Shown here: positions 36,120 to 48,138 of the stretch, piece by piece
Layout of the letters: every line of letters begins with the position of its first letter
How positions within the stretch are numbered: the stretch's first letter is position 1
DNA from: Felis catus
Taxonomy: Eukaryota
Direction of reading: 5' to 3'
Assembly (NCBI RefSeq): GCF_018350175.1
Contig: NC_058368.1
Span: forward strand, 174,780,001-174,844,000
DNA length: 64,000 nt
Translations under genes and position numbers: made by a program
Notes under the pieces: model-generated
Told to the model about the DNA's origin: nothing
Database searches by the model: none
Seen by the model: the letters and a program-made list of their open reading frames with translations, nothing else

Positions 36120-36352
36120 ATGTGTATATGTATTCAGAAATATGTGCATATGCATATATATACAAATACATATATACAACCACACACGTATACATATATG
36201 TATATGCACATATATATGCATAGGTACACATACACGAACTATATACAAGTTGTCTTGTATATGTATATGCATATGTATGTATATGAACAATATATACACA
36301 GGTGCATGGATGTGTGTATACAAATACGCCCGCATGTGCATATACATATACA
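36120..36352. repeat. (TA/CA/TG) low-complexity tract
   Basis: Alternating purine-pyrimidine tatatgcatatgtatg pattern. Confidence 0.85.
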
Positions 36353-38680
36353 AGTTGAATGAGATCACCTAGACGTGACCAGCACTCATACTCTGGTTAT
36401 ATTTCTTCCTTAATACGGTCATCGGCAAGTAGCACTTCTCTTGGGACAGTCTTGGTAGACTGGGGACAAATCTCATCCTGTCACATGGTACCTGTGAGTG
36501 TGGGTGTGCAATTTTTTATTTTTTTTTACAATGTATTTTGGAGGAATACCAAACTACGGCCTGATCTTGAAGGAAAGGATTGTCAGCAGGAAGGGGAAAG
36601 GGTCAGAACCGTATCTTAGAACATCATATCGATCTGAACGTTCATGCGAACAGATTGCTTTGCTAGGTCGCTTCCCCAAGAAAAGAACCACGCCGAGGGA
36701 GTAGGGACACGTGGGTGGAAGCTGAGATGCCTAAAGGACGGGGGCTGAAGAGGCAGAGCAGGGAGGAGAGACCAAGCAAGCCAGAGCTGGAAATTCCTTC
36801 CAGACTTAATAATCCCGGGCATCATTAGTAACCAAAGCAAGACTTCAGAACATATGTTTTGTGTTGACAGTGGACCCTTAATTAAAACAGCCCCGGTGAA
36901 AAACAGCCTGATTAAAAGAAAAGTAGTGCTTAAGAATAATTTGACTGTCGATTGACAGGGGCTGGCAGAGGGCAAGGAACGTCCCTCTCTGGTTCTAAGC
37001 TCCTCCGGGGGACCGGGAACCGGGCTTCCCTCCCCGCGTCGGGCGGCATGCTGGGCATTGCACAGCCCTCGCGCTGTTTACTCCTCCAAACCAATTTCGT
37101 TTCCATTTCAGAGGGGAAGGAACGAAGCCAGAGAGGCGAGGGGATTTGCTGGGGGCGTCCGGCTAGCCAGCCCGGGGAAGAGCCGTGAACTCGGAGGGGC
37201 TCCTTTGGTGCAGCTTTCCCTCGCGCACCATTCTGGTTGTCCCAATGAATCAGAATGTCTTGTCAGTTATAAAAACCATATGCCTCCTCTGCGCATTCCT
37301 TCTCGGGGAAACCGGTGGTTTTAGGTCCCCTTGGGACCGTGCTCGAGGGCACGGCAACCCAATGCCTCCATTTCATCCGCGGTCTAGAATGCGCTGGGGT
37401 GGGAACGAGATGCCCCGTGCAGTTGTCTGCCTGCGGTTCCAGGAAGCGGCAGAGATGCGGCGGTGGGACCGAGAACAAGGGAGGCTTATTCCATCGGACA
37501 GCTGAAATCATTTTTGGAGTTGACGAAATGAACCACTTCCTGGGAAGATTAGACCTTTCCTGGGGAAATAAGGTTGTCTCAGGAAGCAGATTTACTCTAC
37601 CTCCAACTGGGGTTGGAGAGGAGGTTTCAGGGGAAGGGCAAAGAATGTGGCCCCCCCGTGGGATGTTGCCGCAGCTTTCCCTTTTGGGGACCCCCAGAGG
37701 CACGCGCATGCTCAGGAGATCCGTGATCTCCCCCCAAATCCAATGAGGTGACACGAGTATTAGCCCCACTTAAGCGTGACCCTTCACTGTCGTCTTTTTT
37801 TTTTTTTTTTTTTTTGCTTCCCAAACTTCTTTGACCACGGACTAATTTTCCTTTTTTTTTTTTTTTTAATTTCCTAGCAAAATAGGAATTTGTTGTCCTA
37901 AATGGCCAACTTTCGTAGGTGAAGTAAAAACCAGAGTTAGAATTTGAGAGACCTGTCATCGGCTCTCTCCAATAGCTAAGTCGACAGCCTCTCTGTTAAT
38001 ATCCTGTGACTTTTCCACCACCCCCCCCCCCCAGAGTCTTGGCTGATGGTTCCCAGAGGGGTCATCGGACCCAGCGGGACCAACAGAATGCCTTCCCTGG
38101 GACTTGGACACGGGCTCAGAAAACATGCCAGTCATTCTCTGAGGGCCAAAACTGCGGCATTAAGAATCTCAGGCCACGTCACCATCCATCGTACCTCAGC
38201 AGAGCCCGTCTGCAGTAAAAGAGAATAAGCTGTCTACAGAGAAAGGCCAAGAAATGAGACAAAAGCAGTGTTCTAGAACATTCCCTGCCCTGGTTCTGAC
38301 TGTTTCCTGAGCCCAGCTCGGTAGTTGCCCTTCCTGAACCTTGCTTTTTTGGACCTTCCTTGGATTCGTGTATCAGTGAAATCTTCTTTTGGCCGAAGAG
38401 TGTGTTTCTGACCCTGGCGACCAAGGTCCTAGCTGATGCATATACGACAGGAATTCCCCTGGGGGACAGACCCAGTCCTTCTGAGAAATCAGGTGCCCTC
38501 ACAGGGAGAGAAATCTGAAGCTTCAGCGGCACCTCAGCTTCTGTGTGACCATGCAGGGAACAACCCAAGGTTTAGGGCAGAGAGGGAGAACCTTCAGACT
38601 CCATAGTGGCTACCCTGCCGCGGCCAGGAAGACAATCGCTCCATTCCAGTCGATTCAGGCTGTGTTAGAACACCAAAACC

Positions 38681-38829
38681 GGGGTGCCTGGATGGCTCAG
38701 TCGGTTGGGCGTCCAACTCTTGGCGTCATGAGATCGAGCCCCACGTTGGGGTCTGTGCTGGCAGCACGGAGCCCGCCTGGGATTCTCTCCCTCTCTCTCC
38801 CTCTCTCTCTCAAAATAAATAAATAAATA
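38681..38829 (+). mobile_element. Can-SINE, short and older
   Basis: ggggtgcctggatggctcagtc head; TSD agaacacc(a/g)aaacc. Confidence 0.9.
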
Positions 38830-39288
38830 CGCGTGTGTATTTAAATACAAAGAACACCGAAACCCACAAAGTAGGTGCGTGTCTGAAGCAGAAGTCTGAG
38901 AAATTCAATGAGAAAGTTAAACCTCAGTTAACGAGGGGGATCCGTCTGTCCATCGGGGAGATGGAGAGAGTGACCATCCTTGTCGGATAGGCCCACCGGG
39001 TGGGTTGATCGGCCCTGCGTGTGGAACATTGCAGGGACCTTCAGAGGTCTCTGTGGAGCACGCTTGCGGATGTGTCTGGAAACCAGCACACCACCATCAG
39101 GCCAGGCTGTGAAGGGGTGCACATCTGGGCCCCCCCCCCCCCGGAGAGTTACGAGCACCCACATCAGCTTGTTAAAGACTCTGAGAAGTTCCGCAGCAGA
39201 AACCTGTTTTGTCTTTGTTTCAGCTGGTGCTTCTCAAACTTCTTTGACCACAGAATCTCCTCCTCTCTCTCTTTTCCCATACAATACA

Positions 39289-39333
<45 letters not shown>

Positions 39334-39504
39334 CCAAGGCTCTAACAGCTCACCTCAGCTAATTCTGCCACCGGGCAAGGACAAATAATGTCTCCAACAA
39401 ATAGGCTCTGCAGGTCCCACGGGTGCCACCTTACTGAAGATGTTACGCTAGCCTGGATTTTGTTCTCATGGCTTATGTGACCTAGTCAGCGTTCGTATTT
39501 ATAA

Positions 39505-39715
39505 AGCAGTGGGAAAATTATATATCTGTCTTGATTTACTAGGAGGGAAAAATTAAGTCTCTTTGACTTGGGGAAATTTCCACCTCATGCTGCCCTCCCA
39601 GGAAACGAAACAATGAAACCCAAACAGTAACTTTTTATCTGCCCTGCTTACTGAGGAATTGAATGGCTAGAAAAATCGACTTTGTAGGAAAATTACCCAT
39701 CAGGGAATCTGCATA
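39505..39715. promoter_or_regulatory. Candidate NF-kB/IRF enhancer motif cluster
   Basis: GGGGAAATTTCC 39570-39581; GGAAACGAAACAATGAAACC 39601-39620; GGAAAATTACCC 39687-39698. Confidence 0.5.
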
Positions 39716-40077
39716 TTGAAGACGACCTGGGACAAATTCACAGCTTGGGGCAGGCAGAGACAGGAGGAATGACTATAGACCCAAGGACAAGATTATGGCT
39801 TCCAGCTCTGACCTTACTGGATGAGACTTTAGGCCAGTCCTTTGCCTCCTCAGTTGTGCCTTCTGATCCTTGAGAATAATGACAATATCTCCCTCTGGGT
39901 CCGTTGCGATAATCAGGTGAGGTTGTGGCTCTGACGATGTTTGGTCATCAGGGAAATCTTATCACCCACATTATATTAAATGTGTTACATTTGGGACATA
40001 TTAAATTAAACTCGTTCTGTGCTATATCTAAGCAGTATAATATGACTGAAATTTTGCAAACAACGTGTGTATATAAC

Positions 40078-40301
40078 AGAGATGGGCACACTTTCCGTAA
40101 AGAGCTACAGGCATAAATATTTTAGGATCTGCAGGCAATATGGTGCCGGTCACAAGTACTCAACTCTGCCACGGTAGAGAGAAAGCAGCCACAGACAGTA
40201 ATGTAAATAAATGGTTGTGGCCGTGTGCCAATAAAACTTTATTTATAAAAGCAGGCGGCCAGCCAGACTTGGCCCCTAAGCTGCAGTTTGCCAATCCCTG
40301 G
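40078..40301 (+). mobile_element. MER58A-like hAT MITE
   Basis: tactcaactctgcc..gaaagcagccacagaca..tggccgtgtgccaataaaactttattta..gcagtttgccaatccctg. Confidence 0.85.
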
Positions 40302-40416
40302 TGTATAAGATTCCACAAGTTACCTGCACCAAAAAATTTTAAAAAATAAATTAAAAAAAAAAAAGTATGCAAGGAGTACGAGATTCTTTGTGGCACTTTA
40401 AAAACTAATTTTCCTT

Positions 40417-40649
40417 TATTTTTTTTTTTAATTTTTTTTTTCAACGTTTATTTATTTTATTTTTGGGACAGAGAGAGACAGAGCATGAACGGGGGAGGGG
40501 CAGAGAGAGAGGGAGACACAGAATCGGAAACAGGCTCCAGGCTCGGAGCCATCAGCCCAGAGCCTGACGCGGGGCTCGAACTCCCGGACCGCGAGATCGT
40601 GACCTGGCTGAAGTCGGACGCTTAACCGACTGCGCCACCCAGGCGCCCC
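40417..40649 (-). mobile_element. Young felid Can-SINE
   Basis: Perfect TSD aactaattttccttta. Confidence 0.97.
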
Positions 40650-40997
40650 ATAACTAATTTTCCTTTAACACTATAATGTGTGTTTTACAACGAATACAAA
40701 ATAGGCATCTTTTATTAAACTAACCTGGTTGTAATAAGATTCCAAGGATTGTCATGGGATTTCTACACGCAGCAGAACGGTGGATCCTGGGAACAGCTTT
40801 CAATTCCCCCTTCCTTTGCTTCAAATTCCAACTCTGTAGGGGTCCTGGGGACCCTTCCCACATCATAGCCAAGGGCTGCTTTGTGGGAGGAGGGGCCTAC
40901 CCATTGCAGAACCCACGTCTCACGATTACACAGGCTGGACTCTCTCTTTTGTCTGCTGCTGCAACTCGACGATCTCACAAAACGGCGTCGTCTCTAC

Positions 40998-41186
40998 CAG
41001 TGGTTCGCAACTGGGGCTGAGGTTGTCCTCGCAGGGAACATCTGTCAATGTCACCACTGGGGGCTTGCCGCTGGTATCCAGTAGGTAGAGGCCAGAGATA
41101 CTAATAAACAGGCTACAGTGCACAGGACATTCTCTACCGCAACAAAGAACTGGTCCAAAATGTGAGTAGTGCTGAGAAACCTCGCT
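40998..41186 (+). mobile_element. MER20 hAT MITE
   Basis: cagtggttcgcaactgggg...tggtatccagtaggtagaggccagagatact..tacagtgcacaggaca..tagtgctgagaaacc. Confidence 0.85.
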
Positions 41187-41199
41187 CTGTACTAATAAA

Positions 41200-41416
41200 C
41201 TTTATTTAAAAAAATTTTTTTTGACATTTATTTATTTCTGAGAGACAGAGAGAGACAGAGCATGAGCAGAGAGAGAGGGAGGCACAGAAACCGAAGCAGG
41301 CTCCAGGCTCCGAGCTGTCAGCAGAGAGCCCGACGCGGGGCTCGAACTCACGAACCGCGAGATCATGACCTGAGCCGAAGTGGGACGCTCAACCGACTGA
41401 GCCGCCCAGGCGCCCC
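41200..41416 (-). mobile_element. Can-SINE
   Basis: TSD tgtactaata. Confidence 0.95.
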
Positions 41417-42229
41417 TGTACTAATAGACGTTATTAATTAATATTATTATTTGTGACATAATGATACGTACTATAAATCATCCTTGATAACATTACTTTA
41501 ATATTCTTGATTGACGTTCAGATCAAATAACCATTTGCTTCCTTATTTACATTTCTGCGTCCCCCTTTGCAATAAAGAGGAGTTGTATTTTCTCCAGATG
41601 CTCCTCTCAAGTCACGGGGGCGATGTGAGCCCGGCCCATTTTGCAGTCAACACCACCCAGAAAATACAGAGCGTGAGGCAGAAGGGAAGTGGCATGGTTA
41701 ATACTGATTCGCTTTTTATATTATGAACTTCAATGTGAATATATGATCTCATGTACTCTCCATTCCTCCTGGGTCTGCGTTAGGTTAAGGGGAAAAGAAA
41801 TGCCTGAGGGTCTGAAAGTGATTTATTCGAAGGCATGTGCGATAACATGTTTTTTCCTTCTCGCCCCCTTACTTCACAAAAATACTAGGTTTAATATTAG
41901 CAGCGAGGGATGGAGAGAGGGAGGGGATGTGCTCTGGAGTCTTCTAAAATGTGATACAAAGACCACCGGTGATCATAATAGCAGTTCATAATAACAATAA
42001 AGCGAAGGACGGAGAGTTTTGAGCGCATTCTGTGGCCCGAGCACCGGATGAGGCAGACACAACGTCGAATGCTGTCTCTCCCGCTGAACTTCGCAATGTC
42101 CCGGGAGGTCACCGCCAGCATTATTTAGGAAGGTTAATGACTTGCCCAAAGTCCTACAGTTGTCTCGCAGCGACAGGAGAGCGCCCGTAGACAGTCTGGC
42201 TCCAATCGTTAACTTTTTAACCCCGTTTT

Positions 42230-42860
42230 GGTAGGTATCTGTCTCCGCGCGCCCTCATCCCCGCCCCACGAGCCCAAAAGTTCTTGTTTATAGTCCCTGA
42301 AGGGGCCCGGGACCAAGCTTCACTCACAGCCAGACTCGCTAAGCCCCTGACTTAATCAAATGGAATCAAAACCAGATTTCGTCTCCGCGGAAGGTGAGCT
42401 TCTCAGAGGTGGCCGCGTGGGGGCGCGCCGGAGCCGGCCGTGGGGCGCAGGCGGCGCCGAGACCCAGGACCAGAACTAAAGAAGGAAGGGAAGCTGGGGG
42501 GGCGGGGGACGCCTTCCCCCGGGGAGGAGGAGCCACCGCCTTACTCAACACATTATCGCATGTTTTCTGCGTGGCAAAGACAAATATTATTCCATCAGGG
42601 AGATGTCTGTAACCACTTCATTAAGTCTCCCTTGTTGAAACGGAGAGTGGTGACTTCAGTAATTGCCCGTTTAAATGGCATGAAAATATGCGCTCCGCAG
42701 GCCAAACGCTGGGCTGATCACCGACATCTTTCCTCACTGTCGCTGCGCCGCTGGGTCGACACCATCCCTGTCGCTCTCCTGCTGAAACCATTCAGCGGCC
42801 CCTCAGCGGCTGGCCGAGAGAAGCTGTAAGAATGGTCACAGGCATGACGGCTGAAGCTGC
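42230..42860 (+). promoter_or_regulatory. CpG-rich promoter-like segment
   Basis: Dense CpG (ggccgcgtgggggcgcgccggagccggccg); GC box 42259-42267, TTTATAG 42287-42293, Inr-like TCACTC 42320-42325, donor AAG/GTGAGC at 42393/42394. Confidence 0.5.
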
Positions 42861-42983
42861 CACAGGGGTTAAAATATTAAGCTCTGGGGACTGGGGGGGG
42901 GGGGGGGCGGGGGGGGGGGCAGCAAGCTAGACGGTAAATCTCAATAAACTGTAGATAAGAAGAGTTCCTCCAAGGATTATCTC

Positions 42984-43166
42984 AGGATTTCTCAACCTCA
43001 GCACTGTTTTTCACCTTGGACAGGATAATTCTTGGTGGCGGGGGGCTGTCCCGTGCGCGGTGGGATGCGAAGCATCATCCCTGGCCCCTACCCACCAAAT
43101 TGTCACCTTCCTGACCAGTTGTGACAGCTGAAAATGGCTCCAGACATTGCCAAATGTTCCCTGGAT
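42984..43166 (-). mobile_element. MER20 hAT MITE
   Basis: tttctcaacctcagcactg..ggacaggataattctt..gttgtgacagctgaaaatggctccagacattgccaaatgttccctgg. Confidence 0.88.
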
Positions 43167-43169
43167 TAA

Positions 43170-43384
43170 ATACATTTTTTTTAAAAATTCACTTTTATTT
43201 ATTTTGAGAGAAATAGAGAGCAAGCAGGGGAGGGACAGAGGGGAGGGCGACAGAATCCCAAGCAGGGTCTGTGCTGGCAGCACAGAGCCCGATGCGGGGC
43301 TCCAACTCACAAACTGGGAGATCATGACCTGAGCTGAAATCAGGAGTCCGATGCTTAATTCACTGAGCCACCCAGACGCCCCCC
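43170..43384 (-). mobile_element. Can-SINE
   Basis: Reverse body ending ccacccagacgcccccc. Confidence 0.93.
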
Positions 43385-43387
43385 ATT

Positions 43388-43390
43388 AAA

Positions 43391-43453
<63 letters not shown>
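43388..43453. repeat. (A)n(TA)n microsatellite
   Basis: About 21 A followed by about 22 TA units. Confidence 0.95.
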
Positions 43454-43457
<4 letters not shown>

Positions 43458-43513
43458 AGCGCTTTCCCCATACCTTGCCTATAGAAATCGCTCTTTAAGA
43501 ATAATCGTGATTT

Positions 43514-43738
43514 GGGGCGCCTGGGTGGCTCAGTCAGTTAAGCGTCTGACTTCAGCTCAGGTCACGATCTCGCCGTCCGTGAGTTCGAGCCCCGCGTCAG
43601 GCTCTGGGCTGACGGCTCAGAGCCTGGAGCCTGCTTCCCATTCTGTGCCTCCCTCTCTCTCTGCCCCTCCCCCGTTCATGCTCTGTCTCTCTCTGTCCCC
43701 CAAATAAATAAACATTAAAAAAAATAAAAAAAAAAAAA
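43514..43738 (+). mobile_element. Can-SINE
   Basis: TSD aagaata(a/t)tcgtgattt. Confidence 0.96.
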
Positions 43739-44039
43739 GAATATTCGTGATTTACGTCTAACCTGCTACTCTAGGCTTCCCTCCTGCCTTTTTCTCGTCT
43801 TCGTCTGGAACTAGGCAGGGCCCGCGAATACTTAAAAGTCCATCTCTACCTGGAACTGGGTTTCCCCCTTTCTTAACATTTACCCCACCGTGTTATAGTT
43901 GCCCGTCTTTGTCATTGCTTCGTTATGAGGACCGCGGGCACCTTGAAGGTGAAGACGGTGCGTCGTTCTTCTCTGGGTCCGTTGTACCTGTCACGTGGTT
44001 AAAAATGACACTCGCTAGTATTGTTATTACACTAGCAAG

Positions 44040-44262
44040 GACCAATTTTTGAGTTCTTGTGTGTCAAGCACTGTACCAAATATGTTGCCTGCGTCGTCTT
44101 ATTTAATCTTCGTGAACGCCCTGTGGCATTCCTGCCTTTATCGGTGGTACTTTACAGAGGAGGCTACTGAGTCAGGGAGAGGGAAGGAACTTCCCCAAAG
44201 TTATACAGCTAGTAAGGATCCAACCCCCGCTCTGTCTGGCTCCAGAGCCCGCGCCCTAAATG
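44040..44262 (-). mobile_element. MIR
   Basis: ttatttaatcttcgtgaacgccctgtgg..tttacagaggaggctactgagtcagggaga..aagttatacagctagtaag. Confidence 0.75.
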
Positions 44263-44582
44263 AGGGCTTAGCAAACTTTTGCTGCAAAGGGCCGAGTTGT
44301 AAGTATTCTCGCCAACACAGTCTCTGTCGCATCTGCTCCGTGTCTGCCACGGTGGCAAAAAGCATAGACCGTCTGTAAGTGAGGAAGCACAGCTGTGTAT
44401 CGATAAAACTTTATTCGTGGAGGCTGAATTTTTAATTTCCTTTTATTTTCACGTGTCATGAAACATTCTTCTTCTGCTCGCTTTGTTTCAGCTATTTAAA
44501 AATGTAAACACCACGCTTATCGGCCACACAAAAACAGCTGGGGCCAGATCAGGCCCGTGGCCACAGCGTGCCAAAGCTGGCC
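44262..44582 (+). mobile_element. MER58B-like hAT MITE
   Basis: gcaaacttttgctgcaaagggcc..ataaaactttattcgtggaggctgaatttt..ttttcacgtgtcatgaaa..atttaaaaatgtaaacacca. Confidence 0.8.
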
Positions 44583-44769
44583 TACCCAGCGCACCTGGGA
44601 GGAAATGACTGACATCGTGGGCACTGGAAAGGCCACAGGCCAGTAAGACCAGAGACTGGAAATCCAGGCTCCTGCTTTTCTAGAACTAGAGGGTAGGTGC
44701 CACTTCAGTGCTCTCTTTGGTCTTTCTCAAGGGCAGCAGTGATTACAAGCCCTGGAGCATATTGGTACA

Positions 44770-45855
44770 TGTGGTTTTGGTGTCGGTTGGTGTTGGTGCT
44801 GGTTGGTGTTGGTTGGTGTTGGTGTTGGTTGGTGTTGGTTGGTGTTGGTGTTGGTGTTGGTTAGTGTTGGTGTTGGTGTTGGTGTTGGTTGGTGTTGGTT
44901 GGTGTTGGTGTTGGTTGGTGTTGGTGTTGGTGTTGGTGTTGGTGCTGGTTAGTGTTGGTGTTGGTGTTGGTGTTGGTTGATGTTGGTGCTGGTTGGTGTT
45001 GGTGTTGGTTAGTGTTGGTGTTGGTTGGTGTTGGTGTTGGTGTTGGTTGGTGTTGGTTGGTGTTGGTTGGTGTTGGTGTTGGTGTTGGTTGGTGTTGGTT
45101 GGTGTTGGTGTTGGTGTTGGTTGGTGTTGGTGTTGGTTGGTGTTGGTGTTGGTTGGTGTTGGTGTTGGTGCTGGTTAGTGTTGGTGTTGGTGTTGGTGTT
45201 GGTGCTGGTTGGTGTTGGTGTTGGTTAGTGTTGGTGTTGGTTGGTGTTGGTGTTGGTTGGTGTTGGTTGGTGTTGGTGTTGGTTGGTGTTGGTGTTGGTT
45301 GGTGTTGGTTGGTGTTGGTTGGTGTTGGTGTTGGTGTTGGTTAGTGTTGGTGTTGGTTGGTGTTGGTGTTGGTGTTGGTTGGTGTTGGTTGGTGTTGGTG
45401 TTGGTTGGTGTTGGTGTTGGTGCTGGTTGGTGTTGGTGCTGGTTAGTGTTGGTGTTGGTGTTGGTGTTGGTTGATGTTGGTGCTGGTTGGTGTTGGTGTT
45501 GGTTAGTGTTGGTGTTGGTTGGTGTTGGTGTTGGTGTTGGTTGGTGTTGGTTGGTGTTGGTGTTGGTTAGTGTTGGTGTTGGTTGGTGTTGGTGTTGGTG
45601 TTGGTTGGTGTTGGTTGGTGTTGGTGTTGGTTGGTGTTGGTGTTGGTTGGTGTTGGTGTTGGTGCTGGTTAGTGTTGGTGTTGGTGTTGGTGTTGGTTGA
45701 TGTTGGTGCTGGTTGGTGTTGGTGTTGGTTGGTGTTGGTGTTGGTTGGTGTTGTGTTGGTTGGTATTGGTGTTGGTGTTGGTTGATGCTGGTGTTGGTGT
45801 TGGTGTTGGTGTTGGTTGGTGTTGGTGTTGGTTGGTGTTGTGTTGGTGTTGGTGC
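44770..45855. repeat. Compound (GTTGGT)n/(GTTG)n satellite, about 1.1 kb
   Basis: Read directly; rare variants GCT, TAG and GAT recur at fixed offsets. Confidence 0.98.
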
Positions 45856-46289
45856 ATCCCACATGGATGTGGGTGTGTAACACAAAAGAGCACAAATCCA
45901 GAGAAGCCCAGCCAACACCCTTCACCTCCAGACATCACTGACCTTCCGGACATCACTGAGCATCAGCTCCCATCTCAACTACAGAAGGCCTCCCCCGTCA
46001 GGAGACATTTGGCCACAGGAATTTTTCAGGTCATCCCTTCATGCCCACATGCATTTGTGCAAACCACAAACAGAAACAGAAATCTCAAAGCCAAGAGAGC
46101 ACCTTTTCATGGAGGGGACTCTGGATGCTCATGGCAGAACGGTTTTGTACTTTAAACAACGAAGCCTGGAAGATTCAGGCAGAGAAGTACCGATGATTAT
46201 TTACGGGCCCTGATATAAGGAAGGTAAGAGGCCAACATGGTAGGTGGCAGGGCAACATCACACTGAAAATAAAGTAATAACAACAAGTG

Positions 46290-46450
46290 AGGTCATGTTC
46301 ACTAAGTGCTCACTGTGCATTATCTCATTTAATCCTGGGATGTGTATATAGCCATCATCCTATTTTACACATGCAGAAACTGAGGAACCGGGGCGCAACA
46401 GTTATTCAGTAAACTCGAAAGGTCATGGGTTAGTAAGGCTGAAGCATATT
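46290..46450 (-). mobile_element. MIR fragment
   Basis: tgcattatctcatttaatcct..atcctattttacacatgcagaaactgagg. Confidence 0.7.
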
Positions 46451-46616
46451 TTGAGGTCCCCGAGAGGACTCCAGCACTGGCCCTCCTCCGGTTGTGTGTC
46501 CCACTGCCATGGCAAGCATAGTCCTTTCTGTCCTGACAGTCCTTGTCCTCCTAAGGATAATCTTGCCTTGGTGCTGTCTACCTCCCCTACCCTAGTAGCA
46601 CTAAGTCTGATTTCTG

Positions 46617-47114
46617 TTTTTTTTTAATATAATTTATGGTCAAGTTGGCTAACATACAGTGCATACCGTGTGCTCACGGTTTGGGGGGTGGATTCCCATG
46701 ATTCAACGCTTCCATACAACACCCAGTGCTCATCCCAACAGGTGGCCTCCTCAATGCCCATCGCCCATTTTCCCCTCTCCCCTTGCCCCGCCCCCCAACC
46801 ATGCTCAGTTTTTTCTCTGTATTTAAGAGTCTTTTATGGGGGCGCCTGGGTGGCTCAGTCGGTTGGGCGTCTGACTTCGGCTCAGGTCACGATCTCACGG
46901 TCCGTGAGTTCGAGCCCCGCGTCGGGCTCTGGGCTGATGGCTCAGAGCCTGGAGCCTGCTTCCGATTCTGTGTCTCCCTCTCTCTCTGCCCCTCCCCCGT
47001 TCATGCTCTGTCTCTCTCTGTCTCAAAAATAAATAAACGTTAAAAAAAATTAAAAAAAGAGTCTTTTATGGTTTGCCTTCCTCCCTTTCTGTTGCTAACT
47101 ATTTTTTCCCCTTC
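46617..47114 (-). mobile_element. 5'-truncated carnivore L1 3' end
   Basis: tttttaatataattt..tacaacacccagtgctcatcccaaca..ctcctcaatgcccatc; TSD ctaa(g/a)tctg(a/c)tttct. Confidence 0.85.
46838..47058 (+). mobile_element. Can-SINE in L1
   Basis: Perfect TSD aagagtcttttatgg. Confidence 0.97.
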
Positions 47115-47329
47115 CTAAATCTGCTTTCTCTGGGTTTCCAAAGAGTATTGTTCACCCTGAAGTTAAGGCACATATCACATTGCCTTGTAGCTCTGTCACC
47201 AAAAGCAAACTAAGGGCAGGCACTGTCATTTAACCATCGGTGACCTCGAGCCTTAGCCGGTGCCTGAGCTTCTAAACCTCTCTGAAGGTGAGTTTAATTG
47301 AGTGGTTTTGGAAAATAAGGTTTTCCTGC

Positions 47330-47730
47330 ATGTTTTAATTATGAAACTCATCAATAAAAAGGAATAAACTGTTGATCTCCAGGGAATATCTGCTGAATGA
47401 AAGCAACCAATTTCAAAGGGTCAGAAACCATATGATTCCATTTTTATAACATTCTTGGGAAAACAAAATTATGGAAATGGAGAACAGATCAGTGGTTATG
47501 CGGGATTAGGGTGGAAAGGATGGGCAGAGATGGCTGTCGCCATACAAGGGTGACAGAAGGGATCTTTGTGCTCCTGGACTGTCCCATATCCGGGCTGCAT
47601 CAGTCTGCGGGATCCTGGCTGTAATATTGTATTACAAGTTGGAAAGTTCGTATTATTGGGGAAAATTGCATCATTATTTAAAACCGCCTGTGAATCTACA
47701 ATTAACACAAAGAAAAAAAAGTTTACTTGA
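47330..47730 (+). mobile_element. L1M 3' UTR fragment
   Basis: tatgattccatttttataacattcttgg..aaattatggaaatggagaacagatcagtggtt. Confidence 0.75.
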
Positions 47731-47813
47731 AAAAGTCATAAATGTGGTGACATCAGTGAAGATGATGGAACAAGGAACCCCTAACATACATCCTTTCAGA
47801 AGAATAGCAGTAA

Positions 47814-47816
<3 letters not shown>

Positions 47817-47858
<42 letters not shown>
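47817..47858. repeat. (CA)n microsatellite
   Basis: About 21 CA units. Confidence 0.95.
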
Positions 47859-47862
<4 letters not shown>

Positions 47863-48138
47863 CAGAATCAACTTTATCAGAACTCTGGAAGTGAATCAAA
47901 AATTTACAGCAAGTAGGTGAGTGCTTAAGGAAGACAAAAACAGCTGCTCCTGGTAAGATAGATTTGCGGCATTTTAACTCACCCTGGCCCCAGCCCCTGG
48001 TCCAGCTTGGTAGTGACCTTGAAGACAATAGCTTAATTAATACAGAGCCCTGGTACCAGAGGGGGCAGAATGGGACACTCTCCCTGCTGAGGTGGCTATT
48101 GAGTGGAGGAAGAGTGTTTATCAAAAGTCTTTAAAGGC

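Noticed and set aside
37815..39254. Shared 27-mer tgcttc(c/t)caaacttctttgaccac(g/a)ga at 37815 and 39228
   Set aside because: Most likely two decayed copies of one old hAT-type repeat, not a paired functional element; family not confirmed.
39292..39330. 39-nt poly-A as a retrocopy tail
   Set aside because: No AATAAA-bearing body or TSD seen; treated as a simple A-run expansion.
44770..45855. Interstitial telomere or CRISPR-like array
   Set aside because: No TTAGGG units (only TTGGTG and rare TTAGTG), no unique spacers, and the DNA is mammalian.
44708..45956. Many VLVG/WC and PT/QH repeat ORFs up to 247 aa
   Set aside because: Stop-poor translations of the GTTGGT satellite; no gene context.
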